Positions 47,946 to 59,400 of a stretch of DNA of 64,000 bases are shown here, piece after piece. The stretch's first letter is position 1. Each line of letters starts with the position of its first letter. The DNA is from Paramoeba atlantica (taxonomy: Eukaryota > Protista > Discosea). The DNA lies in NCBI GenBank assembly GCA_977017575.1, contig CDRNVI010000138.1, forward strand, positions 1-64,000, written 5' to 3'. Position numbers and translations under genes: made by a program. The notes under the pieces are model-generated. The model did not search any database, had not been told where the DNA came from, and worked only from the letters and a program-made list of their open reading frames with translations.

Positions 47946-48615
47946 TTTGATTTCTTATTTTCTCTTATCGTTGTTAACAATGTCCTTTTTTCTCTTTAAT
48001 GCGGTTGCGGCAGTATTACGAAAAACCAACTACAAATCGAAAATATTAAACTCTCCGTCGAACTCAAATGCATCGAAGACAAACAACCACTCTTTTGACC
48101 CAGGTGCTACAGTCCAAAAAACCAGTAGCAAGAATCGAAAAAAAAAAAGTGACAGAAAAAAAAAGATCAAAAAAATAAGCACTGGTCACCCACCAAAACA
48201 AAAACACAATCCTCACTTCGCCTCAACAAACTCAAAAAAAAAAAACAAAACCAAAAAACGGAAAAACAGAAAATAACACGCCAAATTCGTTTACCATATT
48301 TAGGAGGATTTCGTTTTCTCAGAACGAATTCAAAGGTGCGAATATTTCAAGCTTTTTTTATAACGAGGGTCGGGATTTTCTATCTTCACTCGTTCGCCAA
48401 AAAATTTTTCACTGAAAATTGGAAACCACACAAGTTAATACCTTATTTAGAAAACACAGGTTTGGAACCAACTTATTCTATTTATGGAATAAACGGGTTT
48501 GTCGACTTCGAAACGACAAACCGTTCCTTTTTTCCCCTTTTCTCCTTTCTTCCTTTTGGGATTGAGAGAAAGAGAGGAAAACCAAGTCGAATCTTTTCAC
48601 TTTTCTTTTTGAAAA

Positions 48616-51600
48616 ATGAAATTTTTTGCTTGGGATGTTCGACCCTCGCTTAAGACATTAGTAGAATGTTTCCTGACTGATTCAAACGATATCCGACGTT
48701 CTTTCCTTTTCTCTCTTGTCGAAAAAACATCATGTACTTCGAAAGGGAGCGTAAATCAACAAGAAAAAGATCAAATGTTACAAGTTTTAGTTTCATGTCT
48801 TTTGGATCCATTGTATACTCTTTCTGTTGTTCGTCTCTTTCGACCTCTTCTTCCTGAACTGATGGCTCGGTTACTTCGAAGTCACCGTGCTTTTCAATGT
48901 CTTGCTGGTTCTTTTTGTTGTTCTTCCTCTTCCTCTTCTCCTTCTCCTTCTTCTTCTTCTTCTAGTCTTGGAAATAAAATGGGATGTACGACGAGAGTTC
49001 TTGTTTGTTTGAGTCGGATCTTGCCTCTTTTTCCACAAAGTTTTGAAATTATCTTTCAATTTTTCAGCCATTGCCCTTCTCCTTTGGATTCTCTTTCTTT
49101 CTCTCTAGAACCTCTTTCTGCTGATGCACCAGCAACAACAACATCTTCTACCAATTATTCTGAAGTTCTTGGATCCTTTCTTGCGCTCTTTACGACCAAT
49201 TCTTCTTGCTCCTCCTCTTCTTCGTCTCAACAAAAAGAAATTCGAGAAAATGTTGTACAACTTTCAAAAAGTACAAAAGAAGAGAGAATGAATGAGAAGA
49301 TGAAGAATAAGAATGGGGTTCATATTCTCTTATCTGCTTTACGTTTTCTTCGTTTTTCATCAACAACTTTTCGTAATTTGTGGAATTGGACTCCTGTTAT
49401 CTCTTTACTTTCTCATTCTGATCCTCTTATTCGTTCTTTGGCAAAAGGGTGTGCTCATTCTCTCTTTTCTGTCTCTCAAGAACTCTCTCTTTTGCCTAAA
49501 CCCGATTTTTCTGTCGCAAGGAAGGAGAAAGAAAGAGAAAAGATGGATATTGATTTTCAACATCATCAACAAGAAGAGGAAGAACAAGAACAAGAACAAG
49601 AACAAGAAGAAGAAGGAAAGGGATTAGAGCAATATTGCCAATTTGACGAAGACAAAGAATTGTTAGAAAAAGCTGTTTTGTGGATTGAGACAGAAATTCA
49701 AACAGAGCGCAGTTTGTTGTTTTGTGACACCCGACCAAAAGAGTCACAGGAAATTACAATCGATGTTGATTTGAGTGATGGTAGAGTTGAGGCAATTCGT
49801 CATATTGGTGATGTTACTTGTGATAGAGTTGAGAAAGAAAAGAAAAAGAAGAAGAAAGAAAGAGAAGGAAAAGGAGAACGAGGGAAGAGAAGAGAAAGAG
49901 AGAGAGAAAGAGAAGAAGAAGAGGAGGAGAGTGGGACAGTGATGATCACAGAATTGAATCTTTCTCGAGATGTTGTTGTTGATTTGTGTGGTGTTTTGCT
50001 TTTTCGTCGTCATCATCAAGAGAAAGAAAGAGAGACTGATTTTTTGGGGGGAGAGGAGAGAGAGGAGAGAGGAGAAGGAGAAGGAAAGAAGAGAAAGAGA
50101 GAGGGGGAAGGAGAGAGAAGGGATGGGGAGGTTGAGGGAAAGAGAGAGAGTTTGTCGACTTTGGAGTCGAGAAAGTTTGTTTATACTTCTACTTCGGAGG
50201 AGTTGATGGTTTCTTTGGCTCTTTCTGTTAGGCAGAGTTTTCCTGTTTTGTTGTCTGGCATTCCTGGTTCTGGAAAATGTTTGTTGTTTTTTTATTTTTT
50301 TTTATTTTTATTTATGTTGTTTTATTTGTTTATCTGTTTGCTTGTTTTGTTTTTTGTTTTTTGATTCAAGTTTTTTTTTCAATGATTATCATTTTTTTGT
50401 TAATTTTTTCAATCGTTCACTAAAAACAATTTTTGATCTTATACATTAATTCCAATCCAAAAAACCAAAAACACAAAAACAAAACAAAAACAAAAACAAA
50501 AACAAAAAAACAAAACAAAAACAGCGGTACTAGTAGAAGAAATAGCAAGAATGACAGGAAATGAAGAAGATCTTATTCGAATTCATTTGGGTGACGAGGC
50601 TGATTCTAAGTCTCTTCTTGGTATGTATGTTTGTACTGATACTCCTGGTCAATTTAAATGGCAGGTTTTTTTTTTTTTTTTCTTTTTCTTTTCTTTTTTT
50701 TTTTTTTTATTGTTTTTTTTTTATTGTTTTTTTTTTATTGTTTTTTTTATTGTTATTTTTATTTTTCTTTTTATATTTTATGTTTTCTTTTCTTTTCTTT
50801 ATTTTCTTTTTATTGCTCATGATCATTAAAATTATGATTTATTTTTATTTATTTTGTGGTTCGGAAAAGGATTTTGATCTGATTTAAACATTTCTCTCCC
50901 CTTTCTCTTTTTTCTTTCTCTCTTCTCTTTCTCTCTTCTCTTTCTCTCTTCTCTTTCCCTTCTCTTTCTCCCCCCCAATCCAGCCAGGAGCATTAACACA
51001 AGCAGTGGTAGAAGGAAAATGGATTTTAATTGAAGATATTGATCTCGCCTCTGTTGACGTCATCTCTATGCTTTTGCCTGTTTTGGAAAATCGGACTTTG
51101 TGTGTCACGTCGAGAGGGGAGGTTCTTTTTTCTTTTTCTTCTTTTCTTTTTCTTCTTTTCTTTTTCTTCTTTTTTTTTTCTTCTTTCTCTCTTCCTTTCC
51201 CCCTTTTTTCCTTTTTATTGCTTCTTTTCTTTCTTTCTTTCTTTTTTTCTCTGTTCTCCCTCCTTTTTTCTCTTCTCTTTTCTCTCTAAAAAAAAGAATG
51301 ACAGGAAATTGTTGCAAGTCCTGGGTTTCGCATTTTTGCAACTTGTACTCTCCAGCAAGATCGTTATGGCAATGTAATTTTTTAATTTAATTTTCTTTCT
51401 TTATTCTTTATTGTATTAATTTAATTTTCTCTCTTATTCTTGATTATATTATTTTATTATTCTTTCTTGATTTTCTTAAATTCAAATTTCAAACCTAAAA
51501 AAAAAAAAATTCCTTTCTGAACAGGCAATTGGAGGACCAACAACTAATCGAAATTTAAAACTATTTTCAAGTTTTTTAACTCAAATTGAAGTTCCGCCTC

Positions 51601-52558
51601 TCCCCTCTCAAGAACTTCTTTCTGTTATCAAATTTCGTTTCCCCTCTCTTTCTCCTCTCTCTTCTTATTTTGTTGATACTTTTTTTTCAATTCAAAATCG
51701 ATTTTCTTCTTCTTCTTCTTCTTCTTCTTCTTCTTCTCCTTCTTCTCCTTCTTCTCCCTCTTCTTCTGAGGAAAATGAAAAAAAAGGAGATGGAGATATG
51801 GAAACAGAGTTAAAAGCACTAGAAGGAAGAGGAGGAGGAAAGATGAGATGGTTATCAACAAGAGATTTAATGAAATGGTGTCACAGAGTTGAGTCACTCG
51901 GTTATGCGTCACACGAACTTCATAAATCCGATCTCCGTCAACAACAATCCCAAAAAAAGAAAAAGAGTAAAAAGAAACAAGAAGAGTCAGAAAAAGAGAA
52001 ACAAGAAAGAGAAGAAAGAGAAAGAAAAGAGAGAGAGAGAAAAGAAATGGGAACAATTGCATTAAAAGTGAGAGAAACAGTTTTTCAAGAGGCAGTGGAC
52101 TGTTTTTGTGCATCAATAATGAACAATTTTCATCGAAATTTCATTATCCGAAAAATTGGCCTTTTTTGGAATCTGTCCGAAGAGCGGATTGTTTATTGTT
52201 GTGACACCTATAAGAGTTCTTGTAATGTCACGGAGATGGATGTCACGCTTGGCAGGGTCAGTTTGCCTGTTGTTAAGAGGAAAAGTGCTTCTGAGGTTTT
52301 TATTTTATTTTCTTTTTTATTTTTTTTTTCTAATTTTTTTCTTTCTTTCTTTTAGTTGAATTTTAAATTAATTTTTTTATTATATTAATAAATAATAATA
52401 ATAATCATAATAAAATAGGAAGAAGAAAAGAAAAAGAAACTGTTCGCGGGAACAAGAACTGCTTTGAGATTGTTGGAGCGATTGGCCATTTGTGTTTTTA
52501 TGTCTGAACCTGTTCTTTTGTGTGGTGAAACAGGTTCTTATTTTTATTTTTATTTTTA

Positions 52559-52589
<31 letters not shown>

Positions 52590-53373
52590 TTTTCTTTTTT
52601 TCTTCTCTTTTTCTCTCTTCCCTCTCTCCCTCAATCTCCCCTCACTCCCAAAAACAGGAGCGGGAAAAACAAGAGTGGTACAACATCTCGCAGATATAAC
52701 AGGAAATGAACTTGTTGTTCAAAATATGAACCAACAATCCGAATCTTCTGACATGCTTGGTGGATTTAAACCTGTTAATTTTCTTACTTTGGGTTCTTTT
52801 TTTTTTTTTCTTTTTCTTTTCTGTAATTATTATTTATTTATTATTGATGTGATTATTTCAATTATTATTTTTAATTCTATTATTTTTTGTCATGATATTT
52901 TATTTTCATTCCTCTAATTTTTGTAAAATTCTGATTATTTTCATTTTCAAAAAAAAGCTCTCCCTCTCAAAAAAGTATTCATCAAACTTTTTGTCAAAAC
53001 ATTTTCCCGAAAGGAAAACAAATCTTTCCTCGAAAGATTAGAGCTCTTTTTTTCTCGTCAAGATTGGAAAAAGTTTTTTCAACTTATTTTTAATACCATT
53101 CAAAAAGTTGAGAATATTTTTGAAGGGAGTGGGTCGTTGGGTGGTGTCACAAATTCTGTTGGAAAGGAAGATTTGCCAAGGAAGGGAGAGGGAGAAGAGA
53201 GAGAGGAAGAGAGAGAGGAAAGAGAGAGTGAAGGAAATGCAGAGGGATTAAAGAGAAGGAGAGAAGATGGTGGAGAATTTGAAGAAAAAGAAACTCAAAA
53301 GAGAGGGAAAGGTGCGAGAAAGAGAAATCGAGCAAAGAGACAAAAGAGGGAAGAATCTTCTACTGTAGCTATC

Positions 53374-53404
<31 letters not shown>

Positions 53405-56400
53405 CCTCAACAACCCCAACCACCAAAGCAAAAGTTTCCCCTCCCAAAAAAGGAAAAGAAACAAATACAAAAACAACAACAACAACAACAACACCAAGAG
53501 TACTTTCAATCCAAATGAGACAACACTGGCGTAAACTCAAAGGGGCAGTGGACCGTCTCTCATCCAAAATGGAGGGTCTAAAAAACCATTTTACGTTCAC
53601 TTTCGAAGAAGGGGTCCTTGTCCGAGCAGTCAAAGAGGGTAAATGGGTCCTATTAGACGAAATCAATTTGGCGTCACCCGAAACTCTTGAAAGTATCTCA
53701 GGCCTTTTAGATGGTGGGTCGATCTGTCTCACTGAAAGGGGTGACGTTGTTAATGTTCCACGTCATCCAAATTTTCGACTCTTTGCGTGTATGAACCCTG
53801 CAACTGATGTCGGGAAGAAGGATCTTCCTCCTGGATTGAGAAATAGATTCAGCGAATTTTGGGTTGATGAGATTCATACCCGTGACGATCTCTCTCTCTT
53901 TGTCAGGACTTATTTGATGAATACAGTCCCCGTTCCACCTGTTGATCAGATTGTAAGATTTTTATTATTCTAATTCTTTTCTTTTTTTTTTCCTTTTCTT
54001 TTTCTTTTTCTTTTTTTTTTTTTTTTTTTAACACTGTTTTCCAAAAAAAAGGTTTCATTTTATTTGGACATCCAAAAAGCAGCCAAAGAGACCTTAACAG
54101 ATGGAACCAATCATCGCCCACATTATTCTCTTCGTACTCTTGTCCGGGCTCTCGACTTTACTCGGCGTCACACATTATTGTATGGATTTTCTCGAGCACT
54201 TTATGAAGGATTTTCGATGGGGTTTTTGTCACAACTTTCTGTGGCATCTGCTGAAACGGTTCAGGCGATGATAAGGCACCATTTTGTGTCTTCAAAGAAT
54301 CCTTTGAAACAGTTTTTACAACAGCCAAAAGCTCCTTCTTCTTCTTTTGTTTCGTGTATGGGTTTTTGGATAGAAAAAGGGGGGGAGAGGCTGGACCCGA
54401 TGAAACATTATATTATTACTCCGACGATTGAGCGTCACCTTCGTGATTTGACGAGGGTTGTGTTGTCACGTTCTCCTGCTCTTTTACAAGGTTTTTAATT
54501 TCATTTCTTTTTTTTTTTTTTTTTAATTTGATTTATTTATTTTATTAATTAATTTTATTTTATTTTTATTTTATTATCTTTTTTCAATTTCTTTTTGTTC
54601 TCTGTCTCTTTTTTTCTCCTTCTTTTTTCCTCTCACATGAAAAACAAAATAGGACCAACATCAAGTGGAAAAACAAGTATGGTTGAATACCTTTGTAAAT
54701 TAACTGGCCATCGGTACATTCGTATTAACAATCATGAACATACTGATCTTCAAGTTTCTTTTCCTTTTTTTTCTTTTCTCTTCAAAATTCCCTCTTTCCC
54801 TCTTTCCCTCTCTCTTTCCCTCTCTCCTTTCTCAACTCACATCTCACACACACAAAAACAAAAAAGGAATATTTGGGAACATATGTAAGTAACGCAGAAG
54901 GAAAACTAGAATATCAAGAAGGAGTCCTTGTCCAAGCAGCAAGAAGAGGAGATTGGGTCGTCCTGGATGAGCTAAATTTAGCTCCTTCTGATGTTTTAGA
55001 AGCTCTAAATCGTCTTTTGGATGATAATAGGTACCTCTTTTTTTTTGTTTTATTTTTTGTTTTTTATTTAATTGTTTGGTCTGGTTTTTTGAGTTTTTTT
55101 AATTTTTTTCTTTTTTTTATTTTTTCTCATGAAAAAATTATGGGATGTTCTCTATTTCGATGTTCTCTTCCTTCTCCTTTTGTAATTAATCTTAAAAAAA
55201 AAAACAGGGAACTCTTTGTACCAGAGACACAAGAAGTTGTAAAACCACATCCTCATTTTATGTTATTTGCGACTCAAAATCCTGCTGGTTTGTATGGGGG
55301 TCGTAAACAACTCTCTCGTGCTTTTCGAAATAGGTTTTTTATTTTTATTTTTATTTTTATTTTTATTTTTATTTTTATTTTTATTTTTATTTTTTATTTT
55401 TTATTTTAATTTTACTTCTTTTTTCTCTTTCTTTTCGCCCTCATTTCGCCTCCTTCTTGATGCACCAAAATTTTAAAAACCTAATTATTTAATTATTTTT
55501 TTAAATAATAGGTTTATTGAATTACATTTTGATAATATCCCAGATGATGAACTTGCTATTATTCTTGAGGTTTCCTCCATTTTCTCATTCTTTTTCTTCC
55601 CTTTTCTTCTCCATTTTCTCTCTCCTCCTTTTCTCCCTTTCTCTCCTCTCATGAAAAACAAAACAGAAAAGATGTGAAATTGCTCCATCATATTGTAAGA
55701 AATTAGTAGCGGTTATGAACGAGTTACAAGCGTCACGCCAACATTCTCAAGTCTTTGCGGGAAAACAGGCTTTCATTACTCTCCGGTTTGTTTATTCTTT
55801 TAAGAGATGATAAAAAAGAGAGAAAGAATGGAGAGAGAAATAAAAGAGAAAAAAGAAGAGAAAAAAGAAAAACAAAAAAAGAGAGTCAAAAAAAAGAAAA
55901 CAAATGACCCATAATTTTAAAAACAAAAATAGGGACCTATTTCGCTGGGCAAAAAGAAAAGCGGTCGGATATGAAGAATTGGGAGAGGCGGGGTATATGT
56001 TGTTGGCGGAACGTCTTCGCAATGATCAGGAGAAAAATGTTGTTCGTTCTGTTATTGAAAAACAATTGAAAATTTCTTTGAATATGCCTCTTCTTTATCT
56101 TCGTCATTTTCAGGTTTTTTTTTTTTTTGTTTGATTTCTTGTTTTGTTTTGTTTGTTTGTTTGATTCTTTGATTCTTTGTTTATTTGTTTATTTGTTCTT
56201 TTTTCAAAATCTCATCGAAATTTCGCAGAAACATAAAGAGGTGATTCAACAAATTGGGGACAAAATTGGAATAGGAACCATTGTTTGGACGAGTAGTATG
56301 ATTCGTCTCTTTTCTCTTTGTTCTCTTTCTATGGACCATCTTGAACCTGTTTTGTTGGTTGGGGAGACTGGCTGTGGTTCTCTCTCTTCTCTCTTTCTTT

Positions 56401-59400
56401 TCTCTCTCTTTTTTATTTCTTTCTTCTCTTTTAAATTCCTTTTTTTAACCCCTGACCCTCTCTCTCTTTCCCTCTCTCTCCTTTTTCTTTTTTCTCCACC
56501 ACAGGAAAGACGACAGTGTGTCAAATATTGGCGGAATTATACAAAATTAAACTTCACACTTTAAATTGTCACCAACACACTGATACATCTGATTTATTGG
56601 GTTTTTCTCTCTTTTCTTTTCTTTCTCTTCTCCTCTCTTCTCCTCTCTTCTCCTCTCTTCTCCTCTCTTCTCCTCTCTTCTCTCCCTCAAAGATTCTCGA
56701 TTTAATTCAAAATCAAAAGGTTCTCTGCGCCCAGTCCGTGGAAAAGACCAAATTCGGATCAAATTGTGTTCCCTATTGCGGGCAATTTTTGAAGAATCAT
56801 TTCAAAAAATGGATGAGAGTCACAATGGAGAGGAAGAAGGAAAGAAAAGGAGTCACGGTGGTGTCACAAGGGATGACTTGGAGGTTGGGATTAAGAGTTT
56901 GAAAAATGGGGAAATTGGGCGGGGTATAATTTCTACCTTTGAAAAAATTGTTAAAAGTGGAAAAGGAAAGAAGAATTTGAGTGATGCTCAGAAGATTATG
57001 GCTGAGGTTTTGATTTTTTTTTCTCTTTCTTTCTCTTTCTCTTCATTTCTCACGTAAATAATAGTATCGTTCTCTCTTTGCATGGCATGATGGGCCAGTA
57101 GTACAAGCAATGAAAGAGGGTGGTCTCTTTTTGATGGATGAAGTCAGTCTTGCTGAAGATTCTGTTTTAGAGAGAATGAATAGGTTTTCCACTCCCCCTC
57201 ATATCCCTTCTCTTTCTTCTCTCTTTCTCCTCTTCCATTTTTTTCTCTCTCCTCCCTCTCTCTCCTCCCCCTCTCTCCTCCCTCTCTTTCTTCCATTTCT
57301 AAAATCCCGAAATCAGTATCCTGGAAGCAGACAGAACACTAGTATTACCAGAGAAAGGAGGAGAAGTCATCTGCCAAATTGTGGGACACCCCTCTTTTCG
57401 TGTTGTTGCTACTATGAATCCTGGTGGTGATTTTGGAAAGAGAGAGCTTTCTCCTGCTTTGAGAAATCGGTTTGTATTTTTTTTTGTTCTTTTTTTTTTT
57501 TGGGGGGGGGGGGGATTTAAATTAGAATGAAAATACTTTTTTTGAAATGGATATTTTAAAAAAAAATCTTATAAATACCCAACAGATTCACCGAAACCTG
57601 GGTTCCAAATGTGGACAACCGTGATGACCTCTTACAAATTCTCTCAGAAAGAATGAAAATTCCCAAAACAGTCAATCCAAATTTTTCCTGTGAAATAATT
57701 GGAGGAAGAATTTTAGATTTTATTGATTGGTTAAAAAAAGAGAAAAATTTAACTCGTTTGGTTGTCAGTTTGAGAGATCTTTTGACTTGGATTCAATTTT
57801 TGAATGTTTGTTTTGATGATCTTTCTTCTTCTTCTTCTTCTTCTCGTGTTTTGAAGTGTTCTATTTCTTCGATTGATGAAGCGTGTGTTCATGGCGCTTT
57901 TTTGGTCATTTTAGATGGGTTTGATTTTTACTTTTTTTTTTCCTTTTTCATTTCAGATTTCTTTCTTCTTTTTGCTAATTTTTTTTCGTAGGCTTGGGAC
58001 AACTGGATCAGGCATTTTTTCGGTTGAAAATGTTCTCTCTCTTCAAAAAGAGTCTGTTCAATTTTTAGTTCATCATTTAGACCAATTGCAGCAAACCCGA
58101 ATTTTAAAATCTGTTGGTTTTGAAATTTCAAAGACAGAAGAGAGAGAAAAGGAGAGAAGAAAGGGAGATGATGAAGATCAGTGTATTCCTCAATTTCGTC
58201 AGTTTGGAAATGTGACAACTTTTGGAATTGAGCCGTTTTATATTGAGTGTGGCGGGATTCCTGATAAGGGAGTCAATTATTCGTTGTGTGCTCCAACAAC
58301 GTCACGGAATGTGTCACGATTGTTGAGGGGTATGCAATTGCCTAAACCTTTGTTGCTTGAAGGATCTCCTGGTGTTGGGAAAAGTATTTGACTTTTTTTT
58401 TTGTTGATGAAGAGAAAGAGGAGAGAGAAAAAGAGAGAAATTGAAATTTTCTAATTCATTTTCCTTTCTCAGCATCTCTCGTAATTGCGCTTGGTAAATC
58501 AGTTGGAAAAAATATTGTTCGAATCAACTTGTCAGAACAGACAGATATAATGGATTTACTTGGTTCTGATCTTCCTGTTGAGGGTGGGTCTGGTGGTGAG
58601 TTTGCATGGAGAGATGGAATCCTTCTTTCAGCAATTAAAGCAGGTCCATTTTTTTTTTTTTAATTGAAAAATTTCTTTTCAACTCCTAATTTCATTTTCA
58701 TTAAACAAAAAACAAAAAAAAACAGGAGATTGGGTCTTATTAGATGAATTGAATCTTGCATCACAATCAGTGCTAGAAGGACTTAATGCAATTCTTGACC
58801 ACAGAGCATCCATTTTCATTCCAGAACTTGATCGATCTTTCAATTGTCCACCAGGATTTCGTGTATTTGCTTGTCAAAATCCTATCTCACAAGGAGGTGG
58901 TCGAAAAGGACTCCCTAAATCATTCCTCAACCGATTTACTCAAATTTACATTGATCCTCTCTCTTTTGATGATTATGTTTTTATTTTGGGGCAGTCGTTT
59001 GAGTCTCTTCCAAGCGAGCTTCTTTCCAAAATGGTTACTTTTAATTCTCTTCTTTTGGAGGAGGTCCAAAAGGGAATAGTGGGGCGAGTGGGTGGACCTT
59101 GGGAGTTAAATTTACGAGATTTGGTTCGGTGGGGAGAATTGATGGTTGCGTCACAATCAGAGGAAATGGGGTGGAATCCTGGAGATTTTTTGGATATGAT
59201 TTATTTACAAAGAATGCGGACTATTACTGATCGTCAAGAAGTGGTTAAGATTTATAATCAAGTTTTTTCGAATGCAAAACTTTCTCTTTGTTCTGAGACA
59301 CTGACTATTCGCCCTGTTACTGACGATGATGAGGATTCTATGTCTTCAAAATTGAAGAATTACAATCGAATCCGAATTCTCCCTTCCTATACCCAGATTG

